DNA of 64,000 nucleotides from Bacteroidia bacterium (GTDB lineage Bacteria; Bacteroidota; Bacteroidia; Bacteroidales; VadinHA17): contig JAPLED010000123.1 of the NCBI GenBank assembly GCA_026391475.1, positions 7,878 to 71,877 of the forward strand, in the 5' to 3' direction. A model generated the notes under the pieces. The model was not told the origin of the DNA. It saw nothing but the letters and a program-made list of their open reading frames with translations, and did no database searches. The number at the start of each line of letters is the position of its first letter. The first letter of the stretch is position 1. Positions 9,961 through 20,149 of the stretch are shown piece after piece. The position numbers and the translations under genes were made by a program.

Positions 9961-10881
9961 ATGGGAAAAAATAAAATGACCCGAAGGCAATTCGTCACTA
10001 CAACTTTATCGGCAGGTGTAGGAACTGTTTTGCTTGGGAAAGCTGCATTTGGTTTTTCGGGCAATTTATCAGGTGTGACTACTGATCCTTTTCAGATTGT
10101 CAGACTTGGTAAGTCGGGAATAAAATCAACCCTTCTCGGAATAGGAACCGGCTTCAATGGAGGAAACCGTTCCTCAAATATCACGAGGGCTGGTGTTGCC
10201 GAATCGCTTATTCGTCAGGCATATGAAAAAGGAATTCGCTTTTTTGATTGCGCTGATAGCTATGGAACTCATCCTTTTACTGCTGCTGCCCTTAAAGGTA
10301 TTCCACGGGAATCCTATACTCTTAGTTCCAAAATCTGGGTCAGCCAGGGAGGAATCCCGGAACCCGATCGACCCGATGCTGATGTAGTTGTTGAGCGATT
10401 CCGCAAAGAACTTAACACCGACTATCTTGATATGATACAGATTCATTGCATGACTGATCCCCAATGGACCGACAAGCAGAAAAAGCAGATGGACATCCTT
10501 GAAAACCTGAAGGCTAAAAAGATAATCCGTGCTCATGGTGTTTCTGTTCACTCTCTTGAAGCCATGGAGGTATGTGTTGAAAGCCATTGGGTTGACGTTG
10601 TTCATGTTCGTGTTAATCCTTTTGGAGAAGCAATGGACAAAAGGGACCCCGCACTGGTGATTCCTGTAATTGAAAAACTCCATAAGGCAGGCAAAGGCGT
10701 AATTGGCATGAAACTTATAGGCAACGGTAAATTCAGAAATGACTCCGATAAAATAGATGAATCACTGAAATATGTTCTCGGACTGGGAACCGTCGACATG
10801 ATTATCGTAGGGTTTGAATTACCCGAACAGATCGACAACTATATCGGAAGGGTTAAAAATGCCCTTAAGTCAAAGCAATAG
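9961..10881 (+). CDS. Aldo/keto reductase with Tat signal
   Basis: TRRQFV twin-arginine signal; GIRFFDCADSYG, SSK and DYLDMIQIH motifs. Confidence 0.85.
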   Translation: MGKNKMTRRQFVTTTLSAGVGTVLLGKAAFGFSGNLSGVTTDPFQIVRLGKSGIKSTLLGIGTGFNGGNRSSNITRAGVAESLIRQAYEKGIRFFDCADSYGTHPFTAAALKGIPRESYTLSSKIWVSQGGIPEPDRPDADVVVERFRKELNTDYLDMIQIHCMTDPQWTDKQKKQMDILENLKAKKIIRAHGVSVHSLEAMEVCVESHWVDVVHVRVNPFGEAMDKRDPALVIPVIEKLHKAGKGVIGMKLIGNGKFRNDSDKIDESLKYVLGLGTVDMIIVGFELPEQIDNYIGRVKNALKSKQ

Positions 10882-10920
10882 TGTTATTTTATTAACAGAT
10901 TGATTTACAAATAATAACTT

Positions 10921-11823
10921 ATGAACTTCAATAAATTTTTTATTGCATTACCTGTAATTTGCTTAGGTTTTGCCTTTATTCAAAAAGAGCCTGAAATAAA
11001 GATAATACAACCCGGTGCGAAACTTGAAAAACTGGCTGACGGATTCTTGTTTACCGAAGGTCCTTCTACTGACGCAAAAGGGAATGTCTATTTCACCGAT
11101 CAGCCCAACAACAGGATAATGATCTGGAGTGTTAACGGAGAGCTCTCCACCTTTATGCAGCCATGTGGCCGTTCAAATGGTCTCTCTTTTGACAAAGAGG
11201 GATATCTGTGGGCCTGTGCCGATGAAAAAAATGAGCTCTGGCGAATTGCTCCCGATAAAAATGTGAGTGTTGTACCATCAAAATACCAAGATAAGCTTCT
11301 TAATGGCCCAAACGACCTTTGGATAACCCCTAACAATGGTGTTTATTTCACTGATCCCTTTTATAAACGGGAGTGGTGGAGCCACACAACTAAGCCACAA
11401 GAGATTCAGGCTGTATATTATCTGAGTCCCGATAATAAAACAATTACACGGGTAGCTGATGATCTTGTTCAACCAAATGGCATTGTGGGAACCCCTGATG
11501 GAAAAACTCTTTTTGTTGCTGATATCGGAGGAAAAAAGACCTGGTCGTATACAATTAACAAGGATGGTAGCCTGAGCAATAAAACTCTCTTCTGTGAAAT
11601 GGGTTCCGATGGAATGACGATAGATGTTAAAGGTAATATTTACCTTACCGGCAAAGGGGTAACTATCTTTGACAAGAATGGTAAACAAATCGGAAATATT
11701 GTAGTTCCTGAGAGCTGGACAGCTAATGTCTGTTTTGGTGATCCTGATATGAAGAGTCTCTTTATCACGGCCAGTAAAGGGCTTTACCGGATAAGAATGA
11801 AGGTAAAAGGAACAAGGGGATAA
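10921..11823 (+). CDS. SMP-30/gluconolactonase family protein
   Basis: FTEGP, NGPNDL, PNGI and SDGMTID motifs; signal peptide. Confidence 0.9.
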   Translation: MNFNKFFIALPVICLGFAFIQKEPEIKIIQPGAKLEKLADGFLFTEGPSTDAKGNVYFTDQPNNRIMIWSVNGELSTFMQPCGRSNGLSFDKEGYLWACADEKNELWRIAPDKNVSVVPSKYQDKLLNGPNDLWITPNNGVYFTDPFYKREWWSHTTKPQEIQAVYYLSPDNKTITRVADDLVQPNGIVGTPDGKTLFVADIGGKKTWSYTINKDGSLSNKTLFCEMGSDGMTIDVKGNIYLTGKGVTIFDKNGKQIGNIVVPESWTANVCFGDPDMKSLFITASKGLYRIRMKVKGTRG

Positions 11824-12021
11824 ATGGCTATGGAAGGAACCCGCAGAGCTGATGTTAGGCCAGGTATAGCAGTTATGGTAGAATTAGCTGAAGATAAACG
11901 CACAGGCCGTCTTACCGGAGGAAGAGTAAAAGAAGTGCTGACTTCCTCTCCAAATCATCCCCATGGAATTAAGGTTATGCTTGAAAATGGTCTGGTTGGA
12001 AGAATAAAGCAGATAATCTGA
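11824..12021 (+). CDS. YwbE (DUF2196) family protein
   Basis: DKRTGRLT.G.VKEVLTSSPNHPHGIKVML. Confidence 0.85.
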   Translation: MAMEGTRRADVRPGIAVMVELAEDKRTGRLTGGRVKEVLTSSPNHPHGIKVMLENGLVGRIKQII

Positions 12022-12127
12022 TCCTTCTTATTTTATAATCAATCAAAAATTTATATAAATTTGAACTATGTGAAAACAATGCTGTTTTCACATAGTTTTT
12101 ATTAAGTGTAATACTAATCCAAAGAAG

Positions 12128-13453
12128 ATGAAATACGAGGATTTTTTTGTCACTTCCCTCGGAAAGGGAGGAGTGGTATCACCTCTTAAACACACTAAAA
12201 GGGCAGATAGCCCGGTCTATAAATTTGTCGATGACAGCGAAAGGATTCTTTATGATGCCTCCCTCGAAAATTTCAACAAATGCAGAGAAACCGGGGAAAT
12301 ACCCGTCTCTTTTGAAAAAGCCGGCCCGCGGGAAAATATCTTTTTTGAACCGGCAAAAACGAAAGTTGGAATTGTGACATGTGGAGGATTATGCCCCGGA
12401 GTAAATAATGTTATCCGTAGCCTCGTTAATGAGCTATATTACCGGTACGGGATCAGCCGGGTACTAGGTATAAAATACGGATATGAAGGATTAATTCCGA
12501 AGTATAACCATCCTGTTGTTGAGCTCACGGCGCCAATGGTCAGCTATATTCACCTTACAGGCGGAACATTCCTGGGAACTTCGCGGGGCAACCAGGATGT
12601 TGAAAAAATGGTTGATACCCTTGAGATTATGAACATCAATGTGCTTTTTTGTATAGGTGGTGACGGAACCCTGCGCGGAGCACATGATATCTATAAAGAA
12701 ATTGAAAAACGGAAATTGAAGATTTGCGTTGCAGGTATTCCGAAAACAATTGATAATGATATTGACCTGATTCAAAAATCTTTTGGGTTTGAAACAGCTT
12801 TTTCTATTGCCAACGACATAATCAGAAATGCACATAATGAGGCTTCCGGCGCTTTTAACGGGATAGCCCTGGTCAAGCTGATGGGACGTGATTCCGGATT
12901 TATCGCGGCAAGCGCTGCTTTGTCGATTCAGGAAGTTAATTTTGTTCTGATTCCTGAAATAACATTTGATCTTTATGGACAACGTGGATTTCTCCGGGTT
13001 CTGAAAAAGCGGCTTGAAGAGAGACAACATGCTGTAATTGTTGTAGCTGAAGGAGCCGGTCAGGAGTTTTTCAAAACAGCAGATAGCGATAAAGACGCTT
13101 CAGGTAATATAAAACACAAAGACATTGGCATTTACCTTAAAGATAAAATCTCGGAAGAATTTAAAAAGAAAGGCTTTCCCCACTCAATAAAGTATATTGA
13201 CCCCAGTTATATAATAAGAAGTGCCCCGGCTAATGCAAACGACAGCAAATTCTGCAACCTTCTTGCCCAGAATGCTGTTCATGCCGCCCTGTCAGGGAAA
13301 ACTGATTTTGTTGTCGGATTCTGGAATAATCAGTTCACCCTGATGCCAATTCCTGTGGTGGTTGCAAAGCGCAAAAAAATTGATGTTGAAGGCGAATTAT
13401 GGTGGAATATCCTTGAGGCAACAGGCCAACCAATAAGCATGAAGAACCCCTGA
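12128..13453 (+). CDS. ATP-dependent 6-phosphofructokinase (group X type)
   Basis: TCGGLCPG, GGDGT, PKTIDND, MGR and YIDPSY motifs. Confidence 0.9.
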   Translation: MKYEDFFVTSLGKGGVVSPLKHTKRADSPVYKFVDDSERILYDASLENFNKCRETGEIPVSFEKAGPRENIFFEPAKTKVGIVTCGGLCPGVNNVIRSLVNELYYRYGISRVLGIKYGYEGLIPKYNHPVVELTAPMVSYIHLTGGTFLGTSRGNQDVEKMVDTLEIMNINVLFCIGGDGTLRGAHDIYKEIEKRKLKICVAGIPKTIDNDIDLIQKSFGFETAFSIANDIIRNAHNEASGAFNGIALVKLMGRDSGFIAASAALSIQEVNFVLIPEITFDLYGQRGFLRVLKKRLEERQHAVIVVAEGAGQEFFKTADSDKDASGNIKHKDIGIYLKDKISEEFKKKGFPHSIKYIDPSYIIRSAPANANDSKFCNLLAQNAVHAALSGKTDFVVGFWNNQFTLMPIPVVVAKRKKIDVEGELWWNILEATGQPISMKNP

Positions 13454-13454
13454 T

Positions 13455-14066
13455 ATGATAAAGAATATTGTTTTTGACCTGGGAAATGTACTGATTAGTT
13501 TCAGGCCTTCAGAATTTTTTGATAAGAAAAACTATCCTGAAAACATCAAAACCACAATTCTCTCTGACATTTTCGGCAGTAAAGAATGGGCCATGATGGA
13601 TAACGGGGAGATCAATACAACTGAAGCAATAGAGGCCATTGCATTAAAATCATCGCTTAAAAGGGAAGAAATAGCCCATATTTTCAATTTACGAACCGAA
13701 CTGATGTTCCCCCTTGACCCGAACGTCAAACTTCTTCCAGAATTAAAAAAACGCGGATTCAGGCTATATTTTCTTTCTAACTTCCCGATGGATATTTTTG
13801 AAGAAGTAAAAACAGGATATTATTTTTTCAAATATTTTGATGGAGGAATAATTTCCTCTGAAGCAAAATTTTCAAAACCCGATAGCCGGATTTATGAAAT
13901 TCTCCTGAAAAAATATTCCCTTATTCCTGAGGAGTGTCTCTATATTGATGATCTTGAAATAAATGTTAAGGCAGCAGAAGCTGCCGGAATGAAGGGCCTT
14001 GTTACTTTTGGTTCACTGGAGGTTTCCAAAGACTTAGAAAAAGCCTTAATTCTTTCTTCCGGATAA
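13455..14066 (+). CDS. HAD family phosphatase
   Basis: FDLGNVL, LSN, KPD and YIDD motifs. Confidence 0.9.
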   Translation: MIKNIVFDLGNVLISFRPSEFFDKKNYPENIKTTILSDIFGSKEWAMMDNGEINTTEAIEAIALKSSLKREEIAHIFNLRTELMFPLDPNVKLLPELKKRGFRLYFLSNFPMDIFEEVKTGYYFFKYFDGGIISSEAKFSKPDSRIYEILLKKYSLIPEECLYIDDLEINVKAAEAAGMKGLVTFGSLEVSKDLEKALILSSG

Positions 14067-14113
14067 TATTTAATTTGTACCGTCTTGCACTCTGTAAATG
14101 TGACAACTTTAGT

Positions 14114-16486
14114 ATGGGAAAACGGATATTTATACTTTTGTTACTGTCGCTGAGTGTTTTCACTTCTCATTCTCAGACTCTTACACAGACATTAAAAGGA
14201 ACTGTAACCGATAATGAAACCGGGATGCCTCTTGTCGGGGCAAATATACTTGAACTAAACTCCTTGCCACCAAACGGGGCAGTTACAGATGCCGGAGGAA
14301 AATTCAGGCTTACTACATTAATTGGAAGAATAACAATTAGAATCACCTACCTTGGATATGAAGATCTTATTATCCGGGATATTTTAGTAGCTTCAGGGAA
14401 AGAGGTTGATCTACCTGTTGCGCTTCAGGAAAAAGTTATACAAACGGCAGAAGTTGTTGTCCATTCAGATAAAACCGGCAGGAAAAGCATCAACCAGATG
14501 GCCACAATCAGCACCAATACCATCAGAACAGACGATGCTCTGCGCTATGCCGGAGGTTTTTACGATCCCTCACGCATTGTTAATGCTTTTGCAGGAGTAG
14601 TAACTTCCAACAGCGACCAAAGCAATGATATAGTAATTCGTGGCAATTCTTCACGTGGTCTTCTCTGGCGGCTTGAAGGAATAGAAATTCCTAACCCTAA
14701 CCATTTCAGCGACGGACAAGGAGGCAGTGGTGGCGCATTTTCTGCAATAACATCTAACGTGATCGCAAATTTTGACTTTTTTACAGGAGCATTCCCTGCT
14801 GAATTCGGAAATGCATTTTCGGGTGTTATGGATCTGAATCTCAGGAAAGGAAATTTCAATAAGCATGAATATGCCTTTCAAACCGGGATGATCGGTGCAG
14901 AGATCTCAATGGAAGGTCCCTTTTCCGGAAAAGCAAATGCTTCATATCTGATAAATGCCAGATATACAAACTTTAAATTTTTAAACGATCTGAAAATAAT
15001 AGATCTGGGAGAAACCAATTATGCCCCCCGAACAAAAGACCTTGCTTTTAACATAAATCTTCCTCTAAAAAAAGCGGGGAATATTAACCTTTTTGGAATT
15101 TTCGGATCGAGTGAACTGGGGAAAATTGCTTTCCATGATATCACTAAATGGACTTCTCTTTCAGATCAGTGGGAAGAGATGGAAAAACAAAGCTCCGGAA
15201 GTATTGGATTAAAATACATTTACGTAGTGCCTGATTCAAAAACATATATTAAAACAGTACTTGCATATACTACATTTTCAAATTCTTATAGTGAAGGTTA
15301 TATAGATTCGGCATATGTCCGGTCCAACAGTTATTATTGCAGTTATAATTATCCATCTTTCCGGTCTTCAATGCTGGTTAATCATAAATTCAATTCAAGA
15401 AATACAATCCGGGGAGGGCTTAATTTTAATTATCTGTCCGGGGTCATGTCGAATTTCCAGAAAAATTCGTCCGGTGTTTTCGATACACTTGTTAGTCCCT
15501 CTGCTAAAGGAAGTTTGTTTCAGGGCTATGCCCAGTGGAAGTTCCGGCCAACTTCCGATTTGGAAATTAATACAGGAATCCATCTTCTTGAGTCCACATT
15601 AAACCGACAATTTAGTATTGAGCCGCGTTTCGGACTAAAGTGGCAGGTAACTCCCGGAAATGCATTTATTGCAGGATTTGGGTTACACTCCAGAACCGAA
15701 TCCCTCGCTGTCTATAATGCACTTGTTAAAAACACTGATGGGGTGCGTTCCACCCTTAACAGCGAAATGGAGCTTTCCAAAGCATTACACTGGGTGGCAG
15801 GGATAGACCTGTCCCTGACAAATGACATCCGGTTTCGTCTTGAAGGTTACATCCAATATTTGTACAATATTCCTATAGTAAATAATATGACTAGTCAGTA
15901 TTCAACAATTAACAGTGCTGAACGGCTACCGGATGCTGTTCTTGAAAATGCCGGAACGGGGATGAACAATGGTGTTGAAATGACAATCGAAAAAGCGTTT
16001 ACCAGAAATTATTACTTCCTTGTAACGGGTTCTTTGTTTGACTCATGGTATAAAGCCGGAGACCAGCGCCAATACAATACTTATTATAACACCAGATATG
16101 TTTCTAACATCCTGATCGGAAAGGACTTCTATGTTGGTAAAAATAAAAGGAATAGTATCGGAATAAACGCAAAGTATGTTTTAAGGGGCGGCTATCGTTA
16201 TACTCCTGTTGACGAGAAAAGATCGTTAACGGCAAAACGTATTATATACAAAATTTCGGCGACTTATGAAGCCCAGCTGCCGGATTTTATGAGACTTGAT
16301 GCCGGAATTAATTTCAGAAGAAATCAATCCCGTTATTCCTGGATCGTAATGCTTGACATGCAAAATGTCACTAACCGCAAAAATATTTTCAAAAGAAGAT
16401 TTAGTTTTGAAAACGGGCATATCGTTTCAAATGATGTTTTAAGTCTGGGGATCATACCGGTTTTTAATTTCAGGGTGGAGTTTTAG
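14114..16486 (+). CDS. TonB-dependent receptor (carboxypeptidase regulatory-like N-domain, plug and barrel)
   Basis: Signal peptide, GTVTDNETG.PLVGANI, IVIRGNS, PNPNHF, C-terminal FRVEF. Confidence 0.85.
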   Translation: MGKRIFILLLLSLSVFTSHSQTLTQTLKGTVTDNETGMPLVGANILELNSLPPNGAVTDAGGKFRLTTLIGRITIRITYLGYEDLIIRDILVASGKEVDLPVALQEKVIQTAEVVVHSDKTGRKSINQMATISTNTIRTDDALRYAGGFYDPSRIVNAFAGVVTSNSDQSNDIVIRGNSSRGLLWRLEGIEIPNPNHFSDGQGGSGGAFSAITSNVIANFDFFTGAFPAEFGNAFSGVMDLNLRKGNFNKHEYAFQTGMIGAEISMEGPFSGKANASYLINARYTNFKFLNDLKIIDLGETNYAPRTKDLAFNINLPLKKAGNINLFGIFGSSELGKIAFHDITKWTSLSDQWEEMEKQSSGSIGLKYIYVVPDSKTYIKTVLAYTTFSNSYSEGYIDSAYVRSNSYYCSYNYPSFRSSMLVNHKFNSRNTIRGGLNFNYLSGVMSNFQKNSSGVFDTLVSPSAKGSLFQGYAQWKFRPTSDLEINTGIHLLESTLNRQFSIEPRFGLKWQVTPGNAFIAGFGLHSRTESLAVYNALVKNTDGVRSTLNSEMELSKALHWVAGIDLSLTNDIRFRLEGYIQYLYNIPIVNNMTSQYSTINSAERLPDAVLENAGTGMNNGVEMTIEKAFTRNYYFLVTGSLFDSWYKAGDQRQYNTYYNTRYVSNILIGKDFYVGKNKRNSIGINAKYVLRGGYRYTPVDEKRSLTAKRIIYKISATYEAQLPDFMRLDAGINFRRNQSRYSWIVMLDMQNVTNRKNIFKRRFSFENGHIVSNDVLSLGIIPVFNFRVEF

Positions 16487-16647
16487 TAAAACACAAGGGG
16501 GTGATCTTTTTTCCTCATTCCTGCTTTGAAAATTCCCCACCTTTTGGCCACGACATCCAAAATATCCAATTCTCAATGACTTAACAGATCAGATAATGAT
16601 ACTTATATATCACAATATTAGCCTTTTAACGGTCAATTAATAATTTA

Positions 16648-16663
16648 TGTTCCACGTGGAAAC
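16648..16663. promoter_or_regulatory. parS site (near-perfect)
   Basis: Intergenic TGTTCCACGTGGAAAC, close to the parS palindrome TGTTCCACGTGGAACA. Confidence 0.7.
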
Positions 16664-16668
16664 CAGCG

Positions 16669-18462
16669 CTAATTTTTGAAATATCCTGATAAAATAACGG
16701 TTTTTGACAAGCCAACAACATTTTCGAGCTCTTCAGGGGAAGCATTTCTGATTTTATCAACCGACCCAAAATGTTTAAGTAAAATCTCTTTTGTCCTTGG
16801 TCCTATTCCTTTTATCTGATCAAGATCTGACTCTATCATTTCGGAAGAGCGCTTGTCACGATGAAAATTTATTCCGAAGCGATGGGCTTCATTTCTTAGC
16901 TGCTGAATTATTTTCAGGCTTATCGAGTTTTTATCGAGATATATCGGCACACTATCGCCGGGGAAAAATATCTCCTCAAGTTTTTTTGCAATTCCAATCA
17001 CTGTAATCTTTTCTCTTAAACCAAGTTTGTCAATACTTTTCATTGCTGAAGAGAGCTGCCCCTTCCCTCCGTCTATGATAACAAGTTGTGGCAGATTATT
17101 TTCTTCATCGATCATTCTCTTGTACCGTCTGAATATTATTTCTTCCATTGAAGAGAAGTCGTCAGACCCTGTTACTGTTTTTATATTAAAATGACGGTAT
17201 TCTTTTTTACTTGGTCTGGCGTTACGGAAGACAACACAAGCCGCAACCGGATTGGTTCCCATAATATTTGAATTATCGAAACATTCTATATGAACCGGCA
17301 TATCGGGCATATGAAGATCGTTTTTCAGTTTTTCAAGATTTTTTCCCGTGCGAACCTGTGGTGAATGCTCCAACCGCTTTTTTTTCTGTTCCAGTTTATA
17401 GTAAATAGCATTCCGTTCGGCGAGCTCAAGAAGTTTATGTTTTTCCCCGGTCCGAGGAACTATATATTTTACTTTATCTATCAGTATATCAGGCTTGAAC
17501 GGCACTATAATTTCAGGAGAATCGCTTGATAGTCTTTGCCTTATTTCCGTTATGGCAAAAGCAATAATTGATTCTTTTTCTTCATCAATCCTGATTTTAA
17601 GTTCGACCGTAAGAGCCTGTACTACTGCTCCTTGAACTACCTTTAAAAAGTTAACATAAGCATTATCAGACTCCTGCGTAAGGGCAAAAACATCAACATT
17701 TTTTATGGTATTGCTTACTACTGTAGAGCGACTTCTGAACCGGGAAAGAATCTCTATCTTTTCTTTTATTATCTGGGCATCCTCAAAGTGAAGTTCTTGT
17801 GAATAATTTATCATTAGCTTTTTCAGGTGGTCAATAACTGTTGAAATGTTTCCCTTAAGAATATCTTTTATCTGCTGTATGTTCTCACTGTAATCCTTTT
17901 CTGATTGGATCCCTATGCAAGGTGCTTTGCAGTTACCAATATGATATTCGAGACAAACTTTGAATTTGCCTGCTGAAATATTTGATTCTGTAAGACTATG
18001 CGAGCATGTCCGTAACTTGTATAACTGCCTTATAAGACCAATCAATGTTTTAACCATTAAACCGGAAGTATAAGGACCAAAATACAGAGATCCGTCTTTA
18101 ATAGTGTTTCTGGTACTGAAAACTCTTGGAAAAGGCTCATTTTTTATACAGATCCAGGGATATGTTTTATCATCTTTTAAAAGTATATTATACCTGGGCT
18201 GGTGCTTTTTAATGATGTTATTCTCAAGTAACAATGCATCTGATTCGTTATCAACTACAATGTGCCGGATATCATAAGTTTTTTTCAGAAGAACAACAGT
18301 TTTCCCGGACTGGTTTTTTGAGAAGTATGATGTTACCCGTTTCTTTAGGTTTTTAGCCTTCCCGACGTATAGTATTGTGTCTGCAGAATCAATAAACTGA
18401 TAAACACCGGGTTTCTCAGGAAGCAACGAAAGAATTGACTTAAATTTTGGTTCGGTTACCAT
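16669..18462 (-). CDS. uvrC: Excinuclease ABC subunit C
   Basis: GIY-YIG N-terminus (PGVYQF..YVGKAKNL), HIECFDNSN, IDGGKGQL, HhH C-terminus. Confidence 0.97.
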   Translation of the reverse strand: MVTEPKFKSILSLLPEKPGVYQFIDSADTILYVGKAKNLKKRVTSYFSKNQSGKTVVLLKKTYDIRHIVVDNESDALLLENNIIKKHQPRYNILLKDDKTYPWICIKNEPFPRVFSTRNTIKDGSLYFGPYTSGLMVKTLIGLIRQLYKLRTCSHSLTESNISAGKFKVCLEYHIGNCKAPCIGIQSEKDYSENIQQIKDILKGNISTVIDHLKKLMINYSQELHFEDAQIIKEKIEILSRFRSRSTVVSNTIKNVDVFALTQESDNAYVNFLKVVQGAVVQALTVELKIRIDEEKESIIAFAITEIRQRLSSDSPEIIVPFKPDILIDKVKYIVPRTGEKHKLLELAERNAIYYKLEQKKKRLEHSPQVRTGKNLEKLKNDLHMPDMPVHIECFDNSNIMGTNPVAACVVFRNARPSKKEYRHFNIKTVTGSDDFSSMEEIIFRRYKRMIDEENNLPQLVIIDGGKGQLSSAMKSIDKLGLREKITVIGIAKKLEEIFFPGDSVPIYLDKNSISLKIIQQLRNEAHRFGINFHRDKRSSEMIESDLDQIKGIGPRTKEILLKHFGSVDKIRNASPEELENVVGLSKTVILSGYFKN

Positions 18463-18483
18463 CAGAGCTGCAGGGTTTGGAGT

Positions 18484-20103
18484 TTATTCCACAAACAATG
18501 GAACCAGGTTAAATTTATTAACATCAAATAATCCACGATCACCTATTTTCAGGTCGGGGATCACTAGTAATGCCATAAAAGAGAGTGTCATGAAAGGTGC
18601 TGCCATTGTGCATCCCAGAGATTTTACCAATTCATTTAGTTTCTTGTAATCGTGTGCTACATCCCCGCAGGAACGAGTTGTCATTATCCCGCCTATATTG
18701 AGCTTAAGTGATGCTATCTTTCTTCCTGAAGAGATTGCAAGTCCTCCTTTCTGCCTGATAATTTCGTTGATAGATCTTGTGATATCCTTATCGTTTGTTC
18801 CCACAGATATAATATTATGACTGTCGTGTGCTACGGAGCTTGCAATGGCTCCTTTCTTTAATCCGAAGCCTTTTATAAAACCGGTTACAGGAGGAGAATC
18901 ATTATATCTGCCTTTAACTACGATTTTTAAAATATCCTTATCTGTATCAGATTCCACCCAGTTCTTTGTGCCCGATGTCATAATTATCTCCTTTGTTAGG
19001 AGCTCACCTTCAAACGCTTCGATGATTCTTATTTTACCTTGTTGGTTATATACTCTGATACTAGCTTCGTCAATAGGAAGGCATCTGAAATTATTAACAG
19101 TTTCTGCAGGGGTATATCTGAACAGAACATTCCCATTACCAAAAACCTTTTTGCCTTCAATCCATGTTTCAAGAACATTCATGCTTCTAAGATTATCCAC
19201 CAGTATAAAATCAGCACTTTGACCCTGCTGAAGCAGACCCGCCTCCAACTTGTAATGATTAACCGGATTAATTGTGGCGCTGCGAATAACATCAAAGGCA
19301 TCAAATCCTTCTATAATCAGTTGTGCAATGATTTTATTAATATGTCGTGCCTGCAACATTTCCGGATGAAGATCATCGCTGCACAGCATTACCATTTCCG
19401 GATTTGTGTTAAATAATTCCTTCAAAGAGTTAAGATTCCGGGCAGCACTGCCCTCTCTTATAAGTATTTTCATTCCCAAAGATATTTTCTCCTTAGCCTC
19501 TTCAAGGGTACTGCACTCATGATCTGTTGATATTCCTGCAGCAATATATTTCCTTAGCATTTCACCAGATAAACCGGGAGCATGACCATCAACAGGTTTT
19601 CCAAGCTTTCGTGCAATATCCACCTTGCGAAGAACCTCTTTATCATCAGAAATTACACCAGGAAAATCCATCATTTCTGCCAGATATTTAATTTCCGGAA
19701 GTTTCAGAAGACTTTCAATTTCAACACTGCCCAATTTTGCTCCGCTAGTCTCGAAGATTGTTGCTGGTACGCAAGATGGTGCACCGAACCAAAATTTCAT
19801 AGGAACTTTTCGCCCATCATTTATCATAAACCTAACGCCCTTTTCTCCCAGAACATTTGCTATTTCATGTGGATCAGAAACAACTCCTGTTGTACCATGT
19901 CTTACTGCTGCCATTGCAAATGCTCCAGGAGTAACCATGGAACTTTCAACATGAATATGAGCATCAATCAAGCCTGGTAAAATATAAATATCCGGCACTT
20001 TTATTGTCTTTTCTATCTTATCAATCTTCCCATTCAGAACGCTGATAATTGCAGGATAGATATCCCTTTTATGAATATCGACCAAGTGCCCACAGACTTT
20101 CAT
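18484..20103 (-). CDS. ade: Adenine deaminase
   Basis: PGLIDAHIHVESS, DPHEIANV, DGHAPG, TDHEC, REGSAA and HDSHN motifs. Confidence 0.95.
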   Translation of the reverse strand: MKVCGHLVDIHKRDIYPAIISVLNGKIDKIEKTIKVPDIYILPGLIDAHIHVESSMVTPGAFAMAAVRHGTTGVVSDPHEIANVLGEKGVRFMINDGRKVPMKFWFGAPSCVPATIFETSGAKLGSVEIESLLKLPEIKYLAEMMDFPGVISDDKEVLRKVDIARKLGKPVDGHAPGLSGEMLRKYIAAGISTDHECSTLEEAKEKISLGMKILIREGSAARNLNSLKELFNTNPEMVMLCSDDLHPEMLQARHINKIIAQLIIEGFDAFDVIRSATINPVNHYKLEAGLLQQGQSADFILVDNLRSMNVLETWIEGKKVFGNGNVLFRYTPAETVNNFRCLPIDEASIRVYNQQGKIRIIEAFEGELLTKEIIMTSGTKNWVESDTDKDILKIVVKGRYNDSPPVTGFIKGFGLKKGAIASSVAHDSHNIISVGTNDKDITRSINEIIRQKGGLAISSGRKIASLKLNIGGIMTTRSCGDVAHDYKKLNELVKSLGCTMAAPFMTLSFMALLVIPDLKIGDRGLFDVNKFNLVPLFVE

Positions 20104-20131
20104 AAATAATAATTTTTGTTTTTAGACAAAT

Positions 20132-20147
20132 TGTTCCACGTGGAACA
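20132..20147. promoter_or_regulatory. parS site (perfect palindrome)
   Basis: TGTTCCACGTGGAACA inside the 22-bp palindrome AATTGTTCCACGTGGAACAATT, just downstream of mnmG. Confidence 0.88.
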
Positions 20148-20149
20148 AT

